From Candidatus Bathyarchaeia archaeon (GTDB lineage Archaea > Thermoproteota > Bathyarchaeia > 40CM-2-53-6), in assembly GCA_050013255.1 (NCBI GenBank), contig JBEKFP010000001.1, positions 832,001 through 896,000 on the forward strand: a DNA stretch of 64,000 bases, read 5' to 3'. Each line of letters begins with the position of its first letter. Position 1 is the stretch's first letter. The notes under the pieces are model-generated. The model was not told where the DNA came from. It searched no databases and saw only the letters and a list, made by a program, of their open reading frames with translations. The position numbers and the translations under genes are program-made. Shown one piece after another: positions 18,539-27,720 of this stretch.

Positions 18539-19201
18539 ATGCCAGTTCGTATTTCAAACAGAATCTCTCCCCGCGCAGCCATCGCCCTTCAGAAGAAACT
18601 CGCGCCACTCGTCAGCGAGGCCAGCGACCTCCCGGAGAGAGTTACCCGCTTGGTGGGTTGTGATGCCGCCTATTTCAATGGAACGACCGTGTCGGCGGCT
18701 ACCCTGGTTGACTACGATGGCCTAGAACTTCTCGCAACCAAATCCCTCAAAGAACGGACCAGGTTCCCCTACATTCCAGGTCTGCTAGCGTTTAGGGAGG
18801 GGCCGGCTGTCCTACGGGCGATTCGCGCGTTGAGGGCTAAGTCGTACGTTTGTCTGGTTGACGCGCATGGGTTAGCTCATCCCCGAAAATTCGGTTTAGC
18901 CTGCCTTGTGGGCGTGGCTTTGAACCGGCCTACGATTGGTGTGGCGAAGAGCCTGCTTTATGGTTGGGTTCAGGGTAGGGAGGTGGTGGATAGGGATGGT
19001 TATCCTATTGCTCAGCTTGTACAATTACCCCAGAGTGGGAAAACAATCTATGTTAGTGTTGGACACAAAGTATCCCTAAAGGATGCTGTGGAAATTGTTA
19101 AGCACTGCCTCACACCTCGCGGCCCCGCACCCATCAACTTCGCCCACGATGAGGTGAGTAAGCAAAGATGGCACTTCAAGAAATCAAACCCAGCCTCCTG
19201 A
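18539..19201 (+). CDS. nfi: Endonuclease V
   Basis: FPYIPGLLAFRE, VDAHG.AHPR.FGLA and IGVAKS motifs. Confidence 0.93.
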   Translation: MPVRISNRISPRAAIALQKKLAPLVSEASDLPERVTRLVGCDAAYFNGTTVSAATLVDYDGLELLATKSLKERTRFPYIPGLLAFREGPAVLRAIRALRAKSYVCLVDAHGLAHPRKFGLACLVGVALNRPTIGVAKSLLYGWVQGREVVDRDGYPIAQLVQLPQSGKTIYVSVGHKVSLKDAVEIVKHCLTPRGPAPINFAHDEVSKQRWHFKKSNPAS

Positions 19202-19872
19202 TTACGCTCTACAAGCTGATTGAGGTGGGCGCTTACCCGGACGAAGTCATATTCACGACAACGGAGCTGGCAAAACTTCTTGGCGCGTCCCAGCAAACAG
19301 CCTCCCGGCATTTGATTGAGCTTGAAAAGATGGGGTTGATTCACCGCGTCCGACTGGGCAGGCGGGAATCGATTAAGATTACTGCTGGCGGCGTAAAACA
19401 TCTCGACAATATGTTCCTCACCTTGAAACGGGCTTTCGAGATGAAGAAAACCGAAATCGTATTCGAAGGCGTCGTTTTTTCCGGTTTAGGCGAAGGAGCC
19501 TATTACATGAACCAGGAAGGTTATGTGAAACAGTTCATAGAGAAGCTGGGTTTTGAACCATACCCTGGAACGCTGAACCTTCGAGTGCGGAAAGAGGACC
19601 AAGAAGAGGTGCGTATGCTTGAGGCTTCACCATTCGTACTCATTGAAGGTTTCACCGACGGGAAGCGCAGTTTCGGTCCAGCAAAATGTTTCCACGGAAA
19701 AGCCGCCGACAAAATAGATTGCGCGCTAATCTCCCCCGTTAGAACCCATTATTCAGGCGATGTGGTTGAACTCATCGCACCCGAATACTTGCGAAAGGCA
19801 TTGCACGTAAAAGACGGCGACCCAGTCAAAATCAGGGCGTTTACCTCAGTTCCGCGAACAGCTTCTACCTGA
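19168..19872 (+). CDS. ribK: CTP-dependent riboflavin kinase with N-terminal wHTH (RbkR-type)
   Basis: SQQTASRHL HTH, SGLGEGAYY and YPGTLN motifs. Confidence 0.93.
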   Translation: MALQEIKPSLLITLYKLIEVGAYPDEVIFTTTELAKLLGASQQTASRHLIELEKMGLIHRVRLGRRESIKITAGGVKHLDNMFLTLKRAFEMKKTEIVFEGVVFSGLGEGAYYMNQEGYVKQFIEKLGFEPYPGTLNLRVRKEDQEEVRMLEASPFVLIEGFTDGKRSFGPAKCFHGKAADKIDCALISPVRTHYSGDVVELIAPEYLRKALHVKDGDPVKIRAFTSVPRTAST

Positions 19873-20215
19873 CTTCAACGTACTCTTATTGGAAACGATG
19901 GACCTCTTCGAACCCGAATGTATTGGCCAGCATACACATTCGATGAGTAAATGTCATCACCCGTACACCATAGGCGCTAAGGTTGAACGTCAAGGCATTG
20001 CGTGCACAGGATGGGGACATGGTCAAGGTCAGCGCGTTTACGTCAGTCCCTAAGAGATTTGCTAGCTGAGCTCAATTCGTGAAGAGATTCCTCTTAGGCG
20101 GCGAATGTATTCACCGGGATACACATTCAAGGGATTTTTGGCGGACAGCCCAACACGCTAAGAGGTTATTGTGTCCAGAATCAGGCTAGAGTCGATTGAA
20201 GCCGACAAGCTCTTA

Positions 20216-20848
20216 CTACCGAAGTTCTTCAGACAGCTTCCTTCTGAGCGATGTTGAACTCGCATATTTCTCGTGGTCGAACTTGGAAAGTTTCACTATC
20301 TGAACTTTCAGGTTGCGCTTTTCAATGATCTCGCGTACTGTCTTCTCCAGGTTTTCCTGGTCATACCCGAAGGCAACTATGTCTGGCATGACCTCCGTCA
20401 AGACTTGCTCAAAACCGAACCCCACGTCCTCGTACCCTAAGATCGCCTTATCAACGGGCTTCAGGCCTTCGACCAGCGCCTGTCTATCCTTTTCCGGAAA
20501 CAGGGGTTTGCGGCCCTTCAACATCTCAACCGTAATGTCCGTCGCAACAACGGCGACCAACAGGTCGCCAAGGGACTTGGCTTCGTTAAGGGCCGCTAAG
20601 TGGCCCAGGTGAAGCACATCGTAAACACCACCAGCAAGAACTACCTTGATTTGGCCGCGGCCCTTCTCTGTCAACGAATAGCGGAGTTCGCCGTTGTTAT
20701 GCTTCGCCAAAGACCCTAGGATGAGGAGATCTTGAAGCTTAGTTGCATCAGCCGATGTTTCGAACTCTTCTTGGGTGAAGGGTCCATGCCTGAGCTGCAA
20801 GAGGTAGGCCATTTTGATGCACTCCTTCAGACTCTCTGAGTTCATCAT
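20216..20848 (-). CDS. ribL: FAD synthase (cytidylyltransferase family) with N-terminal extension
   Basis: GGVYDVLHLGH, PDIVAFGYDQ and SST motifs; adjacent to ribK. Confidence 0.85.
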   Translation of the reverse strand: MMNSESLKECIKMAYLLQLRHGPFTQEEFETSADATKLQDLLILGSLAKHNNGELRYSLTEKGRGQIKVVLAGGVYDVLHLGHLAALNEAKSLGDLLVAVVATDITVEMLKGRKPLFPEKDRQALVEGLKPVDKAILGYEDVGFGFEQVLTEVMPDIVAFGYDQENLEKTVREIIEKRNLKVQIVKLSKFDHEKYASSTSLRRKLSEELR

Positions 20849-20914
20849 GTCACAGCCGCCACGAGTATCTTCACGGTTGAAACAAACCCTTGACTAAAGG
20901 GCTTATTGGGTTTC

Positions 20915-21187
20915 TTAGTCAATTGTCTTGGTGAGGTTTAGGAATTTCAATGCGTCGAGTAGGCCTTCAGCATATGCGATTGATGCCAGAGATGTTGTAG
21001 GTTTACCGTTGTCGAAGTAGAATCGTGCGTCCTGCAAGTAGCGATGTATGGCGTCTGAGACCTTCATGATGCTAGCTTCTCCGACCATCTTGCTTTCTTT
21101 CAGTGGGCTATGTTGCCGGAGAGCCTTCTCTAGGGTTGTGATGTATCTGAGTGCGCGTTCCGAAGGGTCTTCGCTCATGTTGCTCAT
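20915..21187 (-). CDS. DUF357 domain protein
   Basis: YL.DA.FY...LAS..YAEGLLDAL. Confidence 0.88.
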   Translation of the reverse strand: MSNMSEDPSERALRYITTLEKALRQHSPLKESKMVGEASIMKVSDAIHRYLQDARFYFDNGKPTTSLASIAYAEGLLDALKFLNLTKTID

Positions 21188-21987
21188 GCTTTTCCAGCCA
21201 CCAGTTCTTTGCGAGCGCCGCAGAAAAGTTCGAGGGCTTCTACTTCAACAAAATGGAGTTGACCTGGGAATATGATGGCATACGGTGGCTGCCCGAAGTC
21301 GATCTGGATTAGTTCTGAGACGGTGCCGGCCTTGACCTGCATGTCTGGTGCTTCGAGACGGGACATTCCCACAACCAACGTTTCAGGTACTATTGCGGTT
21401 TCTGATTTTCGCTTTGAGACGGCGAGGAGTTGTTTCAAGCCTTCGGGGATGCTTATGTGGCGCTTGTTTTCAACATCCACTTCCAAGAGTACAAGCGAAT
21501 GAAGCCCTGAAGATAAGTTGCGTCTTATGGCTAGGTAGACGCTTTCAGGAAATTCCCCCTGCCAAGAAGCAGGGATTGTTGCAGTTCTCCCAAACTTGTA
21601 CGATTGCAACCCTGTTACACCTGCCGCCGCTGACCCAACCGACGCCGCGTTGATTACGCTGGTTCGAATCCCAGCCTTGTGGACGCGTAGCCGGAGGTCT
21701 ACATGTGTGGTCGCAATCATAGGGTCCCCTGGAACCAGGAACCCAACCTTTTCAGCTTTAGCCCTGGGCAGTATCACCTGCTCGGCCCTTTCTTCAACCT
21801 CAAGGCGCGAGAGTACCTGCACAGGTTTGCCAACGATCTTCTTCAGGTTCTCTAGGTTTAGGCCAGGCATTACACTGGTATAGAATTCCGCAAAGAGATG
21901 GGCGCACGATTTCGCCTCCGATTGGCCTCGAAGTGACATGCCATATTCGTCATGAAGCCCCAAACCGATGAAGACTAACTCCGCCAA
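21184..21987 (-). CDS. dph5: Diphthine synthase
   Basis: FIGLGL, EFYTS, GDPMIATTH, GLQSYKFG and GLHSL.LL motifs. Confidence 0.95.
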   Translation of the reverse strand: MAELVFIGLGLHDEYGMSLRGQSEAKSCAHLFAEFYTSVMPGLNLENLKKIVGKPVQVLSRLEVEERAEQVILPRAKAEKVGFLVPGDPMIATTHVDLRLRVHKAGIRTSVINAASVGSAAAGVTGLQSYKFGRTATIPASWQGEFPESVYLAIRRNLSSGLHSLVLLEVDVENKRHISIPEGLKQLLAVSKRKSETAIVPETLVVGMSRLEAPDMQVKAGTVSELIQIDFGQPPYAIIFPGQLHFVEVEALELFCGARKELVAGKA

Positions 21988-22023
21988 CACAAACCCCTCT
22001 GAGCTGGTCATTATGCGAACGAG

Positions 22024-23281
22024 GGCACTGTTAACTTGTCGGCCTCATTGCTTTCAGCGACCTCTCATGCCTAAAAGAGGATGAAAGTTTAGGCTAAGTT
22101 ATGCGGGCTGTCAAGACAGTTCAACAACACTACAAACTCAACCCTGAGATTCTACGAATGCTTGACGAGTTCCGCCAGATGATGAACACCTGCACACGGA
22201 TCGGTTTGGCTGAGAATGTTACGAGCCTCAAGGCTTTGTCCCTGAAAGCATACAGGCAACTCGCAACCTACGACGCGATGAGCTACTACAAGTTATGCGC
22301 CATCAGCAGTGCGACCGGCATCCTGCGAAATTATCGGAGGACCGCTCGACATGGAGAGAATCCAACAACCCCTTATGTTCGGCGTTTGAGGTTGACCACA
22401 TGCTACGGATTCAAAATTAAGGATGGCTGCTTGCTGCTCCCGTATCATCCCAGGAAAGCAATCGGAATCCCTCTAACACCCCATGTTCAAGCAACCATTC
22501 GAAAGCACCCGGTTCGTTCGGTCACGTTGACCAAGGATAAGTTATCGCTGACATATGCGAAGCAGGTCGCGGAGGTCAAGCCGAATGGCTTCATCGGCAT
22601 CGATAGGAACCTAAACAATGTCACGTTGGCCGGCACGGACGGTTCGATCATGAAACATGACCTCTCCGACGCGACGCGGGTAAAGGCTACTTACCGTCAG
22701 GTTCGCTCCCGTATGAGGAGGAACGATGTACGCATCCGCCGCGAAATCACGGGCAAGTATGGCTGGAAGCAACAGGAGAAGGTGAATCGAATTCTCCATC
22801 AAGCATCCAAAATGATCGTGCAACAAGCCAAGCAGGGGGGCTTCGGCATCGTGATGGAGCAGCTCACGGGCCTTCGGAAGCTGTATCAACGTGGAAACGG
22901 CCAAGGAGGATGGTATCGCGGCCGGATGAACTCTTGGTCGTATGCGGAGTTACAACGTCAAATCGAGTATAAAGCCCGCTGGGAAGGTTTACCGGTTATC
23001 TATGTTCATCCGCATGGGACAACAGCGAAGTGTTCGATATGTGGGTCTCGCATGGCGAGAATACCCGAAGAGAACCGAACGCTGAAATGTCCGTCGTGCC
23101 GGGTGAGCGTAGACCGCGACGTAAATGCCGCCAGAAACATTCTGGAGAGAGGCGTGAGGTTCGCGCCAATCGCGCTTCCAGTTGAAGCGATGGTACAGGA
23201 ACCCTCCAGCAAGGTAATCCTGAAAGTCGATGGAAGCGAGTTAACGAGTTGAAGCCCATGAGCCAACAAGTTAACAGAACC
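22024..23281 (+). mobile_element. TnpB-only element with imperfect inverted ends
   Basis: 22024-22056 is an imperfect inverted copy of 23250-23281; flanks are CGAACGAG and CGAACAAG. Confidence 0.6.
22101..23252 (+). CDS. tnpB: RNA-guided endonuclease TnpB (IS200/IS605-IS1341 type)
   Basis: RuvC D (GIDRN), E (VMEQL), D (DRDVNAARNI) and CxxC...CxxC zinc ribbon are all present; no TnpA nearby. Confidence 0.95.
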   Translation: MRAVKTVQQHYKLNPEILRMLDEFRQMMNTCTRIGLAENVTSLKALSLKAYRQLATYDAMSYYKLCAISSATGILRNYRRTARHGENPTTPYVRRLRLTTCYGFKIKDGCLLLPYHPRKAIGIPLTPHVQATIRKHPVRSVTLTKDKLSLTYAKQVAEVKPNGFIGIDRNLNNVTLAGTDGSIMKHDLSDATRVKATYRQVRSRMRRNDVRIRREITGKYGWKQQEKVNRILHQASKMIVQQAKQGGFGIVMEQLTGLRKLYQRGNGQGGWYRGRMNSWSYAELQRQIEYKARWEGLPVIYVHPHGTTAKCSICGSRMARIPEENRTLKCPSCRVSVDRDVNAARNILERGVRFAPIALPVEAMVQEPSSKVILKVDGSELTS

Positions 23282-23290
23282 CGAACAAGG

Positions 23291-23298
23291 CTTTAATT
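23291..23298 (+). promoter_or_regulatory. TATA box of tRNA-Lys
   Basis: CTTTAATT about 30 nt upstream of the tRNA 5' end. Confidence 0.55.
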
Positions 23299-23327
23299 CG
23301 TGGGGAAACTTTCTGAAGCTTCCGGGT

Positions 23328-23465
23328 GGGTCCGTAGCTCAGCCAGGTAGAGCGGCGGATTGGGCATGTGTTTGCCAGGCCGAAGCTCTTAACAGCCTGA
23401 GGGAGACCCGAAGGTCGAGAACCACAACAGTGGCCGACAAGGTTCAAATCCCTCCGGACCCGCCA
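23328..23465 (+). tRNA. tRNA-Lys(CTT) with three introns (23359-23384, 23392-23405, 23420-23440)
   Basis: Spliced: GGGTCCGTAGCTCAGCCAGGTAGAGCGGCGGGCTCTTAACCCGAAGGTCGAGGGTTCAAATCCCTCCGGACCCGCCA, a full cloverleaf with encoded CCA. Each intron has a bulge-helix-bulge-like motif. Confidence 0.9.
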
Positions 23466-23471
23466 CTCCAA

Positions 23472-23495
23472 CGGTTCCAGACCAGGGTCTGGCAA
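23472..23495 (+). repeat. 24-bp palindromic repeat copy 1 (CGGTTCCAGACCAGGGTCTGGCAA)
   Basis: Identical to 27558-27581; core CCAGACC-AG-GGTCTGG is a perfect inverted repeat. Confidence 0.9.
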
Positions 23496-23629
23496 ATATC
23501 GAAAAGGCAGCCTCTCAGACTAACGCCGTTTACATATGCAGTGTGCGTGCACCGCTATTAGTGGAGTTCAAATCTGAATGCCCGCACATTGTGTCCCCCA
23601 CAACTTCCAGAAAAGCTAGCAAGCTAAGA

Positions 23630-23668
23630 GTTCAATTTGTGATGCCCGCACGGCTATACCACACACAC
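23630..23668 (+). repeat. tRNA-3'-end-like repeat, inverted relative to 36643-36682
   Basis: 32/40 identity to the reverse complement of 36643-36682; related copies at 23566-23587 and 27645-27670. Confidence 0.75.
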
Positions 23669-23716
23669 AAAGTGTGACTATTACGGCCCTGTCTCGGTTT
23701 CAGGTGACTCACAACT

Positions 23717-25309
23717 TCAGAATATCTTGAAAAGGCCTCCAAGATCCCCATGGTTGTCCAAGTACTGGAACAGAGCTGCTACTCGAGGGATGATCAGAAC
23801 CTCGATTATTGTGGATACACCTGCCACGTATAGAACCAGCGAGTTCATGTTTTGGATGACCTCCTCCAAGCCGTGCCACTCGGATGCCCACTCAGACGAT
23901 CCGTATCCGGCCAAGATTACAAGACCTACGGTTCCCATCGCCAGTATCAAGTAGAACCACAAGACCTCATCTTTGATTTTCTCGGCGAGGATCTTGAGAT
24001 AACTATTGAGTTTCAGATGTGTTCCGGTTCGCAATACTAAGAGCCAATACGCCGCAAGGAATAGTATTGAGGGCAACAAGTAGGAGAACGCTGACGAAGC
24101 GGCCTCTTTGCCGAGGAAAATCGAAGCCAACTCAGGTGCTGTGAAATACACCGCGAACATGCCTCCTCGCAACAATGCAAAGTAAGTTACGAACGTTAGA
24201 ACCGACTGCCTTTTCACAAACGCCCTGTATCTTGTAGGGTTCTCGCGCCAATCCTCGAGAATTTGAGGGATTTTGACCATGCAGATTACGTAGGTTATCG
24301 CGATTGTGCAAGCAACTGGGAACATGGCCACTTTTGGATCGATCCTGATTGGGCTGGTCATCGCGATCAGGAGGAAGAATCCCGGCAATAGTAGCCAGAC
24401 GTCCGGAAGCATCGCAAAGAAGACCATTTCGACGAAACGCTCCGTGTATTCCTTCTCGAGTATTCTGGCCATGCTGAGCGCAAGGACGATTACGAAAATA
24501 CCGTTAACCAGTATGAAGCTGACGCCGAAAAGCGCGATGTATCCAAACATTGTCCCGTTCACACCGGTAATCAGCTCTACCGGAACAGATTGGGCGACTA
24601 TCCATGCCCCTACAAGAGCAAGTGTGGCCCGCATTTCGAGAATGGAAACGTGTTTCTTGGAAAGCACCGATAGAAGATGAGCCAGGAAAATCAAGGGCAT
24701 TAGATGATAGAGAATCGAGAATGACATCACCATCTGTGGCGGCGTGCCCAGTTGGTATTCATTAGGCCCGGAATTCACGGTAAGTCTAGGGAATGATAGC
24801 CACAAGATCCCTGTCGTGATTGGTTTCCAAGTTTCTTTGATGAACAACGATTCTCCAGGCATCAGCGTAGCGTTAATGCCAGTGTAGCTCGAGGAAGGTA
24901 GTGGTGATGGGAAACGGCTCCCAACCGCAGGTCCTAGATACGTCAGCGGCTCTCCGCCGACGGTTATCAGCAGGGACGCTTCTGGGTTGTCTACCCCAGC
25001 CCCTGATGGGTTCAATGCCATATGAACGATCGTGGGTGCGGATCCCCGATTGGTCACATTAACGCGGAATGATACGGGTGTTCCGAGTTCAATGATAACG
25101 ACGGGTGAATAATCGCAGTAGTACTCCACTTTCGCTCCTTGAGACAGGTCGTGAAGACGCACCGTGGTTCCGGTATTAGCGTCCGCACGGACCTCAATGG
25201 TTACTGTGAGAAATGCGGCAATCACGATCGCTATCACTACGAAGGTCAGCCATTGATGGCGTCTATCTACGGACGTGGCGGCAGGCGAGGTTGTCACTGT
25301 TTGAGCCAT
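23717..25309 (-). CDS. Hypothetical polytopic membrane protein with N-terminal extracellular beta-rich domain
   Basis: 530-aa ORF with signal anchor and many TM segments. Confidence 0.7.
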   Translation of the reverse strand: MAQTVTTSPAATSVDRRHQWLTFVVIAIVIAAFLTVTIEVRADANTGTTVRLHDLSQGAKVEYYCDYSPVVIIELGTPVSFRVNVTNRGSAPTIVHMALNPSGAGVDNPEASLLITVGGEPLTYLGPAVGSRFPSPLPSSSYTGINATLMPGESLFIKETWKPITTGILWLSFPRLTVNSGPNEYQLGTPPQMVMSFSILYHLMPLIFLAHLLSVLSKKHVSILEMRATLALVGAWIVAQSVPVELITGVNGTMFGYIALFGVSFILVNGIFVIVLALSMARILEKEYTERFVEMVFFAMLPDVWLLLPGFFLLIAMTSPIRIDPKVAMFPVACTIAITYVICMVKIPQILEDWRENPTRYRAFVKRQSVLTFVTYFALLRGGMFAVYFTAPELASIFLGKEAASSAFSYLLPSILFLAAYWLLVLRTGTHLKLNSYLKILAEKIKDEVLWFYLILAMGTVGLVILAGYGSSEWASEWHGLEEVIQNMNSLVLYVAGVSTIIEVLIIPRVAALFQYLDNHGDLGGLFKIF

Positions 25310-25763
25310 CCCAGGTGCTCAGGATTGTTGCACAATCTGTAGGCTTGCTCCATAGACCTCTGGCTCCCGGTGTTGCTGCGTTACGCGCTCCTTATTCAGA
25401 GAACCAGTAAAGCCAGGATCCTTTGCAGTTTTGCTACGCGCGATTTTTTGTAGCTGCCCATTGTTAACAGGAGGTCTAGCTCATCAAACCGTGATTCCGA
25501 ATCAACTTGCCTGGATCTCAACTCCTTCACGTCCATCTACCTCCTGTTAGCAAGGTTCCGCCTTGGCTAAGAAGGGGCTCTGAGACAAGAAGCCGATTAC
25601 AAAACAGTCTCAGATTCTATGAGAGGCAACGATCTCACTGAATCATCTGACTGACTTGGCAGAGATTCAACCGCGAGTCGCAATGAAAGAAGTTATTTAC
25701 GAAAAAGACAGACTCCTATAACATAGACGGGCTTCACATAATGACGGGCCGGTAGCATACTGC

Positions 25764-26600
25764 TTGACCAATCATACTTCGCTGACCATGGAAGACGAAG
25801 TTGAGCTGTACCGTTGGCTTTGCAAATACTTCAAGTTGACAGAGATTCAGTGCCTCACAATCATGTTAGTTTTAGCGAAATCAAGCAGGAATGTGTATCA
25901 GGTCCACCAAGACTTGAAGGAAGCTATGGAACTAGGAGATAAAGGAGCTGGGGCGTTGATCCTCAAACTTGGCGGCAAAATACCAAAAGAGCCCCCAGTC
26001 TATGCTTCGGTACACAACTGGCTCACTGGTCCTTTTGTTCGCTACGGTTTTGTCTCCATTGAGAAGCAGGTCTCGAAGAAGGAAGTAGCGATCGGCTACC
26101 GTGACATAGTCCAACCCTCCAACGGGATTTCTTCGCTTGTTCAATCATACGAAAGAAGTCACAAGTTGCAGGAAGGGGCGGACACACTTTGCCATGCGAT
26201 TGTGACGGACAAAGAAATACCGCGAGTTTTCTTAGCCCAAAATCCGAGCCACCCCATTGAATTTAAGAAAACGCTGTATCAGATGCCCATGAGGTATTGG
26301 GCCAAGGGAGACGGGAAACTGGTGTACCAATTCGAACAACAAGCTGCTGAAGCAGCTGTTGAAGAGGTGAGTGAGGGGCGCATAAAGTGGAGCGCTTACC
26401 ACGAAATGGCAGGCAGCCCGCTGAAGCACATTTGGGCAAACGGAAGAATTACTGTTCATAGAGTATGGGCTGGGCTCGTTAAAGAAAAGAATCGATTGAA
26501 ACCGCACTCACCTTTCGCGGGACAGTGGTTTGACATGGATCAGGTGAAGACGAACCCGAAAATAGACCCGGAAGCAAGAGATTGGTTGTCCCGAATTTGA
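25764..26600 (+). CDS. Hypothetical protein, possible N-terminal wHTH
   Basis: 278-aa ORF; LTEIQ...NVYQVHQDL...YASVH...GFVS resembles a TrmB/PadR-like wHTH. Confidence 0.6.
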   Translation: MTNHTSLTMEDEVELYRWLCKYFKLTEIQCLTIMLVLAKSSRNVYQVHQDLKEAMELGDKGAGALILKLGGKIPKEPPVYASVHNWLTGPFVRYGFVSIEKQVSKKEVAIGYRDIVQPSNGISSLVQSYERSHKLQEGADTLCHAIVTDKEIPRVFLAQNPSHPIEFKKTLYQMPMRYWAKGDGKLVYQFEQQAAEAAVEEVSEGRIKWSAYHEMAGSPLKHIWANGRITVHRVWAGLVKEKNRLKPHSPFAGQWFDMDQVKTNPKIDPEARDWLSRI

Positions 26601-26671
26601 AATCACTAAACTCGGCGACATGGGTGTGGAACAACGGCAAATATCAACCGTACAGATACAGAAGAAAAGCG

Positions 26672-27412
26672 ATGAGAATTCGTAGGATCAAGTTTGTCGT
26701 ACTTGATGGGGACGGAGTCATCTACGACTTACCCATAAAGCAGGAAGATAGTCCGAAGGTTGCAGCAAGCACTTGGAATGTCTTGTTCAGCAGGCTCGGA
26801 ATCTACGAGGAGCATGAACGTCTCAAAAGGAAATTCATAGCGGGAGAGTTCAAGTCATACGTCGAATGGACAAACGCCGCCTGCAAAGTGCTCAAAGATT
26901 TCGGTCTCAAGAAGAAGATTTTCGAAGACGTCATGGAAACTCGTCAGATTGCGGCCGGAGTTTCAGAAACAGTGAGTGAACTCCGCAAACACGGCATCAT
27001 TGTCGCTACAATAAGCGGTAGTTTCGAAGGTCTGTCTCAACGAGCCAAGAGTACTCTTCCACTGGACGCATATGCCGGACACTGCAGGCTCATATTTGAT
27101 CGCAAGGGTTCACTGAGTGATTGGAGATTAAGAAGGTGTGACTACGAGGACAAAGTGTCCGTCATGCGCAGAATGGGCAGGAAATTCGGAGTCGGAGTGG
27201 ATGAATGCTCATTCGTCGGACATGAGGTGAATGATATTCCCGCACTCAAAGCAAGTGGCCTAGGGATAGCGCTGAACGCCCACAAAGAGAAGGTGAGAAG
27301 AGCAGCGGATATTTCTGTCAAAGGAGACGTGACAGCCATCCTAAAGCTGATTCTAGTAGCGCAGGCCCCTGAACTTGAACCTGTAACTGCGCCACTAGAA
27401 CTGAGTCTGTAA
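26672..27412 (+). CDS. HAD-superfamily hydrolase (phosphoserine phosphatase-like)
   Basis: LDGDGVI motif I, ISGS motif II, K, and atypical VGHEVND motif IV. Confidence 0.85.
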   Translation: MRIRRIKFVVLDGDGVIYDLPIKQEDSPKVAASTWNVLFSRLGIYEEHERLKRKFIAGEFKSYVEWTNAACKVLKDFGLKKKIFEDVMETRQIAAGVSETVSELRKHGIIVATISGSFEGLSQRAKSTLPLDAYAGHCRLIFDRKGSLSDWRLRRCDYEDKVSVMRRMGRKFGVGVDECSFVGHEVNDIPALKASGLGIALNAHKEKVRRAADISVKGDVTAILKLILVAQAPELEPVTAPLELSL

Positions 27413-27557
27413 CTGTTCTCGAAGTGTGCTTGTTTTTGGTTCGGGGAACTACTCATGATCTATTGCGTACCCGAAGCGTTCAACACGACCGCAACTGGAA
27501 AGTTCTAAATGCTCTCTCGGATAAACGGACAGACTGTCCGCGGGTCCGCCGCACTAT

Positions 27558-27581
27558 CGGTTCCAGACCAGGGTCTGGCAA
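27558..27581 (+). repeat. 24-bp palindromic repeat copy 2
   Basis: Identical to 23472-23495 and preceded by a degenerate tRNA 3' end CGGGTCCGCC. Confidence 0.9.
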
Positions 27582-27720
27582 TTTCCAAAAAATCGTATGG
27601 TAGAAGATCAATGACAACAGTTCGCGCGCAGGCGCGCGACTACAACTCAGATTTCGTCGTTCGCACTACCGTAACCCACCAGGGCGACTTGAAAAGAACC
27701 TTTGACTCCTCGGCGTGAAG

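Noticed and set aside
19915-20128. CRISPR array
   Set aside because: Only two copies, with variable centres and 187-nt spacing; no cas genes. No CRISPR array was seen anywhere in the window.
23271-23495. 74-aa minus-strand ORF
   Set aside because: Antisense shadow of the intron-containing tRNA.
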